Shown piece after piece: positions 30,945-40,603 of a stretch of 64,000 nt of DNA. The notes below the pieces were generated by a model. That model saw only the letters and a list, made by a program, of their open reading frames with translations, was not told the origin of the DNA and ran no database searches. Every line of letters starts with the position of its first letter. Positions within the stretch are counted from its first letter, which is position 1. Made by a program: the position numbers and the translations under genes. This stretch comes from Acidobacteriota bacterium (GTDB taxonomy: Bacteria > Acidobacteriota > UBA6911 > RPQK01 > JAJDTT01): contig OZ242374.1 in the NCBI GenBank assembly GCA_965209055.1, positions 4,960,001-5,024,000 of the forward strand, in the 5' to 3' direction.

Positions 30945-31075
30945 CGAAACTGTCCCTTTTCCGCCTTTTTCGAAACTGTCCCTTTTCTGCGCCTTCGAAA
31001 CTGTCCCTTTTCTGGGAGTTGTCTGCGAAACTGTCCCTTTTCTGCGAAACTGTCCCTTTTCTGGGAGTTGTCTGC
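30945..31075 (+). repeat. Tandem array right of the RAYT gene (cgaaactgtccctttt x5)
   Basis: Copies at 30945, 30971, 30996, 31026, 31045; core actgtccc is the reverse complement of the left-array core gggacagt. Confidence 0.9.
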
Positions 31076-31103
31076 AGCAGAAGAACCCGGCGGGGTTCCG
31101 CTC

Positions 31104-32798
31104 TCAGACCTCGTTCCTGCGGAACCGTTCCAACAGATGATCGCAGGCCCGGACCGTGAGGGCCATCATGGTCAGGGTGGGATTCTGGCAACCGGCGCTC
31201 ACGAAACAGGAGCCATCGGTGACCAGGAGGTTGTCGATGTCGTGGCACTGGTTGTAGGGGTTCAGCACCGACTTGGCGGGGTCGTGGCCCATCCGGGCCG
31301 TCCCCACTTCGTGAATCGCCATGCCGGGCATGGCCGTCCGGGCATTGACCTTGATGTTGCGTGCCCCGGTCGACTCCAACATTTCGGCCGCCGTAGCGGC
31401 GGCGTCTTCCATCATGGCCATCTCGTTGGGACCATGGGTCATCTGGATCCTGAGGGCCGGGATCCCCCAGGCGTCCTTCTTCTCCGGGTCGATCTCGCAG
31501 TAGTTGTCCAGCCGGGCCAGGGATTCTCCGAACCCGCTCAGCCGGATCATGTAAAAGCCCTCCTTGACCGCCGCCTTGTAGGACGCTCCGAAGCCTTCGG
31601 CGTCGAACCGGAAGCTGGGTGAGCTGCCCCCCTGGAAACCGTAGCCCCGGATGAACCGGGGATGCCTCTTCTCTCCCGCCAGATTCCGGAACCGGATCAT
31701 GTAGATCCCGTTGGGACGCCGCGGATCCGACGCCCGTTTCCGGACCGGGAACTGGGGTAGCTCGCCCGCCGCTCCGGCACCCACCACGTGGTCCATGAGG
31801 TACTTCCCCAGGAGTCCGCTGGAATTGCCGAGACCCTCGGGGTGGTTCCGAGTCGCCGAGTTGAAGAGGATCCGGGTCGACTCCAGAGCCTGGGCGCACA
31901 GAATCACCGCCCGGCTCCGCACCTGGTAGGTCCGGCGCCGGTGACGGTGAACGTAGGTGACTCCCCGGGCCCGGTTGCTGGAGGGATCCATATCCACATG
32001 GCTGACGATGGCGTCGGTGAGGAGCGTGCAGTTGCCGCTCGTCAGGGCGTCGGCCACGGTGGTGGCCGGGCTATTGAAGTAGGAAGCGGTCACACAGCCC
32101 CTTTCGCAGGGACCGCAATAGTGGCAGGCCGCCCGTCCGTTGAGCGGCTGCGTCAGGACTGCGGTCCGCCCGATGGTGAGGGTGCGGCCGAATCTGTCCC
32201 GCGCCCGGCTCCGGAGCAGCCGTTCTCCGCAGGTCATGGCCATGGGGGGTAGAAACTGCCCGTCAGGCAATTGCGACTGTCCCTCGGCCTGTCCGCTGAT
32301 GCCGACATACTTCTCGACCCGGTCGTAATAGGGAACCAACTCCCGGTAGGCGAGTGGCCAGTCGTCGCCGTAACCGTCGTGGCTGGAGGCCTTCAGGTCC
32401 AGGTCGCTGAGACGATAGCTCTGCCGCCCCCAGACCATGCTCCTTCCGCCGACGATTCGCAGGCGCTGCCAGGTGAACGGCTTGTCCTTCGGCGTGGTGT
32501 AAGGATTCTCCAGATCGTTGACGAACCAGTCGTAGTTGTACTCGGTACAGGCGTAGCAGGCCTTCTGAATTGGACGCGTACGCGCCAGTTCCGGCGAGTG
32601 GTTCCGATACTCCAGCTTGTAGGCGGGCATGTGTTCGGTGAATTCCCGGGGAGAGACCTTGCGGCCGGCCTCCAGCAGGACCACTTTCAGGCCGGCCTCC
32701 GAGAGAACCTTGGCCGCCCAGCCTCCGGTGGCGCCCGACCCCACCACGGCCACGTCGAAGAGCTCGCTGTGGGGATCCTGGAGCAGGGCGGAGCTCAC
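31104..32798 (-). CDS. GMC family oxidoreductase (gluconate/glucoside dehydrogenase flavoprotein)
   Basis: VVGSGATGG, CHYCGPCERGC, HEVGTARMG, NPTLT; GTG start overlaps the upstream stop. Confidence 0.93.
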   Translation of the reverse strand: MSSALLQDPHSELFDVAVVGSGATGGWAAKVLSEAGLKVVLLEAGRKVSPREFTEHMPAYKLEYRNHSPELARTRPIQKACYACTEYNYDWFVNDLENPYTTPKDKPFTWQRLRIVGGRSMVWGRQSYRLSDLDLKASSHDGYGDDWPLAYRELVPYYDRVEKYVGISGQAEGQSQLPDGQFLPPMAMTCGERLLRSRARDRFGRTLTIGRTAVLTQPLNGRAACHYCGPCERGCVTASYFNSPATTVADALTSGNCTLLTDAIVSHVDMDPSSNRARGVTYVHRHRRRTYQVRSRAVILCAQALESTRILFNSATRNHPEGLGNSSGLLGKYLMDHVVGAGAAGELPQFPVRKRASDPRRPNGIYMIRFRNLAGEKRHPRFIRGYGFQGGSSPSFRFDAEGFGASYKAAVKEGFYMIRLSGFGESLARLDNYCEIDPEKKDAWGIPALRIQMTHGPNEMAMMEDAAATAAEMLESTGARNIKVNARTAMPGMAIHEVGTARMGHDPAKSVLNPYNQCHDIDNLLVTDGSCFVSAGCQNPTLTMMALTVRACDHLLERFRRNEV

Positions 32799-33388
32799 TT
32801 GTGAAAGCCCTCGGGATGCGGACAACCGGGGAAGGATCCGGACATGGCGTCTTCGCTCCATCCCAGTTCCTTCAGACCCGCCTCCGAATTGTAGAAGGCC
32901 CGGCTGATCCAATCTTTCAGATTGAGGAAGTGGTCGTGGCCAGGAAATTCGGACCGGTTGTCCTTCCACGTCACCAGCTTGTGGGGATAGGCGACGAAAT
33001 TGAGAAACTCCAGTTGGCTCTCGGCGGGAAGGTGGAGGAAGGCCGCGCCGTAGCGTCTCAGGCACTCCCCGTCGAACCAGGCCAGGCTGTCCAGGAACCG
33101 GCTCCGCGTTTCCCGCGATTCACTGGCCAGGAGTCTGTCGATGAAGCGGTTGGCCAGAGCGGCCTTGGCCCCCGGCGTGTCGGTCTCGGGAATAATGAGG
33201 TCACTCAGCCGAATCAACGTGTCGTTCTGGTGGGTGTCCAGGAAGACGGGTGTCCAGTCGGGAGACGCCAACTCAACCGAGGCGTCGTGGCCGGGAGGAA
33301 ATTCCCGGGCTCGAACCGGCGCCGCCCCGGCCAGGGCCGCAGTCAACGACACCCAGAGGGAACGCCCAAAGAAATCGCGGCGTTTCAT
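32795..33388 (-). CDS. Gluconate 2-dehydrogenase subunit 3 family protein (Tat)
   Basis: MKRRDFF Tat signal; DLIIPETDTPGA. Confidence 0.9.
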   Translation of the reverse strand: MKRRDFFGRSLWVSLTAALAGAAPVRAREFPPGHDASVELASPDWTPVFLDTHQNDTLIRLSDLIIPETDTPGAKAALANRFIDRLLASESRETRSRFLDSLAWFDGECLRRYGAAFLHLPAESQLEFLNFVAYPHKLVTWKDNRSEFPGHDHFLNLKDWISRAFYNSEAGLKELGWSEDAMSGSFPGCPHPEGFHK

Positions 33389-33552
33389 ATTGCAGCCTCC
33401 CGGCTTCGAGAATATCGCGACCCAGACAATATAATCTATTGGATGATCGTCTACATCTCGGCCGACCGGCAGATGGTGATCCACGAAGAGTCGCTCCACT
33501 TCCCTGCCCGGCTCTTGTGGATCTACTGGTGCACGATTACGATTGCGATGAC

Positions 33553-34911
33553 ATGACGATGGTCGACCACCTGGACGGGTCCTGGAGCCGGAGGCGTTGG
33601 ATGGCCGCTGCGGCGGGCGTGACGGGACTGGCCAGTGCCGAGGACATGGCCCTGTCCTTTTCGCCGGCGGCCTCCGGTGTCAAGCGAAGCGGCCGGCCCC
33701 GGTCCGACGGCCCTCGGAGCCGGATGAAGATCGGCTCCTTCGAGGCCACGCTGGTGGCGTCTCCCGACTACGCGCTGCTGAATTCCTGGAGCGTCCACGA
33801 CACTCACTTCCAGCGCGCGATCCTGGAATTGGAGACCACCGACGGCTACACCGGAGTCGCCGAAATCGGGGGCGCGGCATTTCAGGCTCTCCAAGCGGCG
33901 CGCGACACCGTGCTGGGACGTGACCCCTTCGAGATCGAATTTTTCCGCCGCAGGCTCTCCCACCGCTCCGAGTTCGCGCCGAGGCACAACGCCGAAACCC
34001 TGGCCGCGGTGGAAATCGCGTGCCTGGACTTGATCGGAAAGGTGATCGACCGGCCGGTCGTCGACCTGATCGGCGGCCCCTTCCGGGATGAGGCTCCCTT
34101 TTCGGCCTACAACTTCTTCGTCATTCCGGAGGAGGGCGGACCGAACGTCACGACTCCCGAGGCCATGGCGCAGCAGTTCCTGGACTTCCACCGGGACCAC
34201 GGGTTCACGACCTGCAAGTTCAAGGGGGGCGTTCTGAAGCCGGAGTTGGAGATCGAAGCCTTGACGCGCATCCGCGAGGCCATGCCCCAGGCCAAGCTTC
34301 GGATCGATCCGAACGCGTCGTGGAGCGTGGAAACCTCGGTCAGAGCCGCCCGCCGGCTGGAGCCGCTGGGGATGGAATACCTGGAGGACCCCACCCCGGG
34401 ACAGGAAGGCATGGCCGAGGTGCGCAGGCAGACATCCATTCCCCTGGCCACCAACATGTGCGTCACGCGCATGGAGCACATCCGCCCCGGGTACGACCGG
34501 GGGGCCATCGACATCGTGTTGCTGGATCCCCACTACATGGGCGGGCTCAACAACGTCCGGCACTGGGCGTCAACGTGCGAGGCTCTGGGATGGGGATGCT
34601 CCGGCCACAGCAACAACTACCTGGGCATCTCCATGGCCACCCAGGTCCACATGGTCTGCGCCATCTCCCACATCACCTACGACGTGGACTCGCATTATCC
34701 TTGGACCACTCAGGACATTATCCGGGGCGGGATGCTCCGGTTCCGGGACGGCAAGATGGCTCTCCCCCCAGGACCCGGCCTCGGCGTCGAGATCGACCCG
34801 GACAAGAAGGCCCTGCTGGCCGAGAACGTGTCACGCACCCGGGCCCGGCACGATCTGCTCCATCAATGGGACCCCCGATACCCCAAGGATCGTCATGGCG
34901 TCCGCTGGTAG
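33553..34911 (+). CDS. Glucarate dehydratase-like enolase-superfamily protein
   Basis: KFKGGV, RIDPNASW, YLEDP, ATNMCV, HSNN, DSHY. Confidence 0.88.
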   Translation: MTMVDHLDGSWSRRRWMAAAAGVTGLASAEDMALSFSPAASGVKRSGRPRSDGPRSRMKIGSFEATLVASPDYALLNSWSVHDTHFQRAILELETTDGYTGVAEIGGAAFQALQAARDTVLGRDPFEIEFFRRRLSHRSEFAPRHNAETLAAVEIACLDLIGKVIDRPVVDLIGGPFRDEAPFSAYNFFVIPEEGGPNVTTPEAMAQQFLDFHRDHGFTTCKFKGGVLKPELEIEALTRIREAMPQAKLRIDPNASWSVETSVRAARRLEPLGMEYLEDPTPGQEGMAEVRRQTSIPLATNMCVTRMEHIRPGYDRGAIDIVLLDPHYMGGLNNVRHWASTCEALGWGCSGHSNNYLGISMATQVHMVCAISHITYDVDSHYPWTTQDIIRGGMLRFRDGKMALPPGPGLGVEIDPDKKALLAENVSRTRARHDLLHQWDPRYPKDRHGVRW

Positions 34912-34941
34912 CGCGAGCTCCGGAAACTCGGCTGAATCCCC

Positions 34942-37900
34942 ATGAAACGCTCCCTGATCCTGCTTCTCGGCTTGAATTTGATGAATACCGGCTGCGGGCC
35001 GGACCCCGCCTCGACTCCGCCCTCTCCGGAGGAGATGCTGGAAACCTTTCGCATCAGCGAAGATTTCCGGGTGGAGATCTTCGCCGCCGAGCCCGACGTG
35101 ACCGATCCGGTGGACTTGGCGTTCGACGAACAGGGACGGGCCTGGGTCGCCGAAATGAGGGACTATCCCTACCAGCCTCCCGAGGGGGGACCGTTCCTGA
35201 GCCGGGTCCGCGTGCTGGAAGACCGGGATGGGGACGGCCGCGTGGACCACTCCACCGTTTTTGCCGAAGGCCTGCCCAATGTGAAGAGTGTCCTGCCGTG
35301 GAAGGACGGCCTGCTGGTGAGCTCGGCGCCGAACATCCTTTACCTGCGGGACACCGACGGAGACCTGCGGGCGGATGAGACGACTCCCCTGTTCACCGGG
35401 TTCACGATCCTGGTGGACCCGGAGGGCCAGCTCAGCAACCTGCGCTTCGGCATCGACAACTGGATTTACGCCGCCAACGACAGCCAGGCGGGACAGATCA
35501 CCTTCTCCCGCCGGCCCGGCGCCGAACCGGTCTCGGTCCTGAACGCCGACTTCAGGTTTCGCCTGGACCGGAATCTATTCGAGGCGGCCTCGGGAGCCAC
35601 CCGGTTCGGACTGAGCTTCGACGAGTGGGGACGTCGCTTCTTTTCACAATCGGGAAGACACATCCAGCACGTGGTGGCGGCGCGGCGCTATCTCCAGCGA
35701 AACCTCTTTCTGACGGCTCCTCCCGTCACCCGCTTCATCTCTGTTCACGATCAGCGCATCTTCCAGCTCACACCTGCCGAGGCTTGGCGCGAGGCCCGCA
35801 CCCGGATGCGCCGGCGGCGGGCGCGGGAGCTGGGGAGAGAACGGCAGACCGCCTCCACCGGCTTCTTCTCGGGAGCGACGGGAGCCACCATCTACACCGG
35901 AGACACGTTTCCCCGGCGTTACCGGGGCAACGCCTTCGCCGGCGACGTGGCGGGCAACATCGTTCACCGCGACGTTCTCACCCCCAGCGGCGTCAGTTTC
36001 GTCGCCGACCGGCCCGAGGAGGAACGGGACCGGGAGTTCATGGCTTCCACGTCACGCTGGTTTCGGCCCGCCAGCTTCGCCGTGGGTCCGGACGGCAACC
36101 TCTACGTTGTCGACATCTGCCGCCAGTACGTGGAGACTCCGGCTTCCATCCCCGAGCCCATTAAGGAAGGCCTCGACTTCTACGCCGGGATCGATCATGG
36201 CCGCATCTACCGGATCGTGCCGCGGGATTCCGCCTCCCGCCCATACGTTCGTCCCGAACTCCACAAGGCCGCCACACCGGAATTGGTCAGGCATCTCGCC
36301 TCGCCGAACCAGTGGTGGCGTCTCACCGCCCAGCGGCTCCTGCTGCAGCGGCAGGACCGGTCCGCTCTCCCCGCGTTGAAAGAGCTGGCCGGCAACAGAG
36401 CGAATCCCCAAGGCCGGCTTCATGCCCTCTTTGCTCTGGCAGGCCTGTCCGCCCTGGAGGAAGCCATCGTCGGTGAAGCCCTGGAAGACGGCCATCCGGG
36501 CGTCCGGGAACAGGCCGTCATTCTTGCGGAGAAGTTCCCCGGCCTTCTGCCCAAGCTGGTGAGGATGACGGGCGATCCATCGCCCCGCGTCGCCTTCCAA
36601 CTTTCCCTGAGCCTGGGTGAGTTCTCCGGCCCCCGTGTGCTTGACGCGTTCCGGGACCTGGTGGCCCGCCACGGAGAGGACCCCTGGCAGCGAGCCGCGG
36701 TCCTCAGTTCCGACGCCGGATCCTCTCTGAAGTTGCTGCAATCGATGGTGGCGGAACGCGGCTATTTCAATCCGCCGGCTCCGAACAAGACCGGCTTTCT
36801 GGACGATCTGGCTGCCGTCGTTGGCGCCCGCAGCGAGGGACGAGAGGTCCAGCGTCTGGTTCGCCTGTTGGCCCGGGCCCGGCCGCTGAGAGAGAAAGGG
36901 TTGCAGGCCGCGGGACTCTCAGGGCTGGCGCGAGGACTGGAGCTGGCGCAAATCGTGCGCCTGAACCCGGCAGGAGCGGCCGGTTCGCTGAGAAGCCTGC
37001 TGGGGAGCGGTTCACAGGAGGTGCGCGACGCCGCAGCCAGAGTCGGCAAGCACTTCCGGGTTCCGTCGCTGGTGGCGGCCGCCAGAAAGGACGTGCTGGA
37101 TGAAACGCTTTCGGCGGCCCGGAGATCCAGCTCCGTCCGGATGCTCGCCGCCGCAGCTTACCGGGAGGTGGAGCCGGTCTTGACGCGTGTCCTGACTGTC
37201 GCGGATCCGGAGTTGACGCGGGCCGCCCTGGAAACCCTCTCCTATTTCGAAGATCCGGACGTCAGCCGCCTGGTCCTGGAAAAATGGGGCACGTTCTCCC
37301 CGGATGCGCGTGCGGCTGCTCTGGCGATCCTGCTCAACCACCCCGCGCGGGTGCAGGCCCTGCTGAGCGCCGTCGAGAGCGGCGCCATGGAAAGGGCCGC
37401 ACTGGACCATCAGCAGAAGCAGTTCTTGAGAAACCATCCCGGAGAAGAGGTCCGCCGCCGAGCCCTGGAGATCCTGCAGGCGGACACCACGGACCGGGAT
37501 GCGCTGGTGGAGGAGCACCTGCCGGTCCTGGAGCTGGATGCCGATCCCCTCAACGGCGGCAAGGTCTTCCGGAGGGAATGCGCCCGCTGCCATGAACCTG
37601 ATCAGGGCGTGGGAGTGGGGCCGGGGCTGAGGACGGCGGTCCAGGGCCATACCCGCGAACAACTCCTTTTCGACATCCTGAATCCCAGCGGGCTCATCCT
37701 GTCCGCCTATCAGAACTACATCGTCACCACCCGTGACGGCAGGGTCTATGGAGGGATCATCGCCGCCGAGACTCCCGGCACTCTCACTCTGCGGAGCGGG
37801 CCGAACCAGCAGGAGACCATTCTCCGGGGCCGAATCGCCGAGATCCGGGCTTCGGAGGTGTCGATCATGCCGGAGGGTTTCGAGGAAAACCTGACCCGCC

Positions 37901-37980
37901 AGGAACTGGCCGACGTCATCTCGTTCATGCAGGCCGGATACCTGATCCCGGAGGAGCTGGCTGCGCCGAGGGACAATTGA
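34942..37980 (+). CDS. PVC-type heme-binding membrane dehydrogenase (propeller, HEAT repeats, cytochrome c)
   Basis: Lipoprotein-like signal, FAAEP..DPV, DRDGDG, CARCH, SIMPEG. Confidence 0.9.
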   Translation: MKRSLILLLGLNLMNTGCGPDPASTPPSPEEMLETFRISEDFRVEIFAAEPDVTDPVDLAFDEQGRAWVAEMRDYPYQPPEGGPFLSRVRVLEDRDGDGRVDHSTVFAEGLPNVKSVLPWKDGLLVSSAPNILYLRDTDGDLRADETTPLFTGFTILVDPEGQLSNLRFGIDNWIYAANDSQAGQITFSRRPGAEPVSVLNADFRFRLDRNLFEAASGATRFGLSFDEWGRRFFSQSGRHIQHVVAARRYLQRNLFLTAPPVTRFISVHDQRIFQLTPAEAWREARTRMRRRRARELGRERQTASTGFFSGATGATIYTGDTFPRRYRGNAFAGDVAGNIVHRDVLTPSGVSFVADRPEEERDREFMASTSRWFRPASFAVGPDGNLYVVDICRQYVETPASIPEPIKEGLDFYAGIDHGRIYRIVPRDSASRPYVRPELHKAATPELVRHLASPNQWWRLTAQRLLLQRQDRSALPALKELAGNRANPQGRLHALFALAGLSALEEAIVGEALEDGHPGVREQAVILAEKFPGLLPKLVRMTGDPSPRVAFQLSLSLGEFSGPRVLDAFRDLVARHGEDPWQRAAVLSSDAGSSLKLLQSMVAERGYFNPPAPNKTGFLDDLAAVVGARSEGREVQRLVRLLARARPLREKGLQAAGLSGLARGLELAQIVRLNPAGAAGSLRSLLGSGSQEVRDAAARVGKHFRVPSLVAAARKDVLDETLSAARRSSSVRMLAAAAYREVEPVLTRVLTVADPELTRAALETLSYFEDPDVSRLVLEKWGTFSPDARAAALAILLNHPARVQALLSAVESGAMERAALDHQQKQFLRNHPGEEVRRRALEILQADTTDRDALVEEHLPVLELDADPLNGGKVFRRECARCHEPDQGVGVGPGLRTAVQGHTREQLLFDILNPSGLILSAYQNYIVTTRDGRVYGGIIAAETPGTLTLRSGPNQQETILRGRIAEIRASEVSIMPEGFEENLTRQELADVISFMQAGYLIPEELAAPRDN

Positions 37981-38029
37981 TTCCGATCCACCATGTCACA
38001 GGTCTCCGCAAAACTTGAATCCTCCCGAA

Positions 38030-38068
38030 TCCACAAATTGTTTAACGGACTCTTCATTCCTCCTTTAA
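38030..38068 (+). promoter_or_regulatory. Pho-box-like 11-bp periodic repeats
   Basis: tccaca/tttaac/cttcat/ctttaa at 11-bp spacing upstream of the PhoB-like gene. Confidence 0.35.
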
Positions 38069-38122
38069 AATGCCCCGGTAAACTTCCATCGGCACTGGAT
38101 CGGCCGAGATGGAAGCAACCCC

Positions 38123-38824
38123 ATGACCAACGGCAAGAAAATCATCGTTATCGAGGATGAACCCGATATCCAGGAGGTCATCGTTCACAACCTCCTGAGA
38201 GACGGGTACCAGGTGGACGCGACTCTGAATGGGGAACGGGGCCTGGAACTGGTCCGCAGCCTGGAGCCCGATCTGGTTCTGTTGGACCTGATGCTCCCCG
38301 GTCTGGACGGAGTCGAGATCTGCCGCCGCATAAAGGCCGACCCCCGGACGCGAACCGTTTCCATCATCATGGTCACGGCCCGCGGCGAGGAAAGCGACGT
38401 CGTCCTGGGATTGGGTTTGGGCGCAGACGATTACGTCTGCAAGCCCTTCAGCCCCAGGGAGCTCATGGAGCGGGTCAAGGCGGTGCTCCGCAGGGGACCA
38501 CTCCAGGACTATCAGAGCCGGGAACGAATCGTCGTGGGAGACGCCGTGATCGATTCCGGACGCCACGAGGTGCGAGTCGCCGGCAGACGAATCGACCTGA
38601 CCGCTTCCGAGTTTCGCCTATTGCACTGCCTGGCGTCTCAGCCGGGCCGTGTATTCACCCGGGACCAACTCTTGAACCAGGTCGTGGGAGAAGATACTTT
38701 CATTGACGATCGCAACATCGACGTCCACGTCGGTGCAGTCCGCCGGAAGCTGGGATCTCACAGGGTTTTGGTCGAGACCGTTCGCGGCGTGGGCTACCGC
38801 TTCCACGACGAATACATGCAGTAG
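38123..38824 (+). CDS. phoB: OmpR/PhoB family response regulator
   Basis: LDLMLPG, GADDY, winged helix ETVRGVGY. Confidence 0.8.
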   Translation: MTNGKKIIVIEDEPDIQEVIVHNLLRDGYQVDATLNGERGLELVRSLEPDLVLLDLMLPGLDGVEICRRIKADPRTRTVSIIMVTARGEESDVVLGLGLGADDYVCKPFSPRELMERVKAVLRRGPLQDYQSRERIVVGDAVIDSGRHEVRVAGRRIDLTASEFRLLHCLASQPGRVFTRDQLLNQVVGEDTFIDDRNIDVHVGAVRRKLGSHRVLVETVRGVGYRFHDEYMQ

Positions 38825-40603
38825 ATGCTCCGTTCCCGCCTGCTGTGGAAACTCTATCTGGGCTATTTCGTCCTCATCGTGTTGACCGCATCCATCCTGG
38901 GCGGTTTGATCTTCCGGCGAGTCCGGGAAGACTCACTCGAGGATATTCAGACCTCGCTCAGGTCTCAGGCCCTCTTCTTCAGAGAATTCGCCGGGCAGCG
39001 CCCCGCCGATGAACCGGCGTCGGAACTGCAGGATCGACTCCGCAACCTCGGCCGTGAGATGGGAGCCCGCCTCACCGTCATCGACACCGACGGCGTCGTC
39101 CTGGCCGATTCAGACCAGGATCCGGCGGGAATGGACAACCAGTTGAGCCGGCCGGAGATTCTGCGGGCTCGCTCCCACGGCCTGGACACGCGTCCCAGAT
39201 TGAGTGAAATCCGCGGCGTTCCCGGGATTTCTCTCGCCTTGCCCGTCGGCGACAACCTCGGCAACGTGGGCTACATCCGGGTCTCCATGCCGCTCTCGGC
39301 GATTGACGAAAGACTGGGGCGTTCGGGAAAGGCGGTCTTGGCGGGCACCTTAGCCGTGGCGTTCGTGGCCCTGATTCTGGGGTTGCTGGTGGCTCGACGC
39401 CTGCTCAGACCCATGGGTTCCATGACTCGCATCGCCGAGTCCATGGCCAGGGGCGACTACGGCCAGCGCCTGTCCATTGCGCGATCGGACGAGATCGGAG
39501 AATTGGGCGATGCACTCAACCGGATGGCGCGCAACAGCCAACGACGCATGGAGACGTTTCAGACCGATCACCGGCAATTCCTGGCGATCCTCGGCGGCAT
39601 GGCTGAGGGAGTGGTCGCCGTCGACGAGAATGAACGTGTCCTGCATATGAACGAAGCCGCCGGCCGGATTCTGGGAGCCGACGCCTCGACCAGTCTCGGC
39701 AAGCCGGTTTGGGAAACGACCAGGATCCCGCAAATCTCGGAGACCATTTCCAGCGTCCTCCGGGAAGGGCGGGGAGTGAAGACCAGCCTGGAAATCAGGT
39801 CGTCTCCCCGAGACCGGTCCATCGAGTTGAAGGCCACGCCTCTCCGAAACGGCGAACAGGAGCCGGCGGGAGCTGTGATGGTGATGCACGATGTCTCGGA
39901 ACGGCTGCGGGTCGAGACCATGAGACAGGATTTCGTGGCCAACGTCTCCCACGAACTCAAGACGCCCGTCGCCGCCATCCAGGCTCTCGTGGAAACGATC
40001 CTGGACGACCCCGATATGTCCGGCCGGACGCGGGAACGCTTTCTTCGAAAGACCCGGAACCAGTCCCTCCGTCTCTCCTCCATCGTGTCCGACTTGCTGA
40101 CTCTGTCCCGAATGGAATCGGAAGAGGGAGTCACCCGCGAAACTGTCGACCTGCGGGACACCGTTGCCGTTCCGGCGGAGGAGGCCATCCCGGCCGCGGA
40201 AGTCAAGAGAATCCGGCTTCACATTCGGGTCCCGGACCGTCCAATGTGGACCACCGGAGATATGGAGGGACTCTGTCTCGTCACGTCGAACCTGGTGGGA
40301 AACGCACTCAAGCACACACCCAAGGAGGGCGAGGTGACGGTCAGCCTGAGCCAGGAGGGACACCAAGCCCTCCTGGAGGTGGAGGACAGTGGAATCGGCA
40401 TCGAGGCCCGGCACCTGGACCGCATCTTCGAACGCTTCTACCGGGTCGACACGGCCCGTTCCCGGGAACTGGGCGGGACCGGACTGGGCCTCTCCATCGT
40501 CAAGAGAGTGGTGCTGGCCCACAACGGCACGGTCTCGGTGGAGAGCATTCCCGGCCAGGGAAGCACATTTCGAGTCCTGCTTCCGGTGCCCGGGAATTCC
40601 TAA
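38825..40603 (+). CDS. phoR: PhoR-like sensor histidine kinase (HAMP-PAS)
   Basis: FVANVSHELKTP, FERFYRVD..RSR..GGTGLGL. Confidence 0.8.
   Translation: MLRSRLLWKLYLGYFVLIVLTASILGGLIFRRVREDSLEDIQTSLRSQALFFREFAGQRPADEPASELQDRLRNLGREMGARLTVIDTDGVVLADSDQDPAGMDNQLSRPEILRARSHGLDTRPRLSEIRGVPGISLALPVGDNLGNVGYIRVSMPLSAIDERLGRSGKAVLAGTLAVAFVALILGLLVARRLLRPMGSMTRIAESMARGDYGQRLSIARSDEIGELGDALNRMARNSQRRMETFQTDHRQFLAILGGMAEGVVAVDENERVLHMNEAAGRILGADASTSLGKPVWETTRIPQISETISSVLREGRGVKTSLEIRSSPRDRSIELKATPLRNGEQEPAGAVMVMHDVSERLRVETMRQDFVANVSHELKTPVAAIQALVETILDDPDMSGRTRERFLRKTRNQSLRLSSIVSDLLTLSRMESEEGVTRETVDLRDTVAVPAEEAIPAAEVKRIRLHIRVPDRPMWTTGDMEGLCLVTSNLVGNALKHTPKEGEVTVSLSQEGHQALLEVEDSGIGIEARHLDRIFERFYRVDTARSRELGGTGLGLSIVKRVVLAHNGTVSVESIPGQGSTFRVLLPVPGNS

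Noticed and set aside
30945-31075. Right-hand repeat array as a CRISPR array
   Set aside because: Repeats are 16 bp with 3-14 nt, partly duplicated spacers, and there are no cas genes in the window
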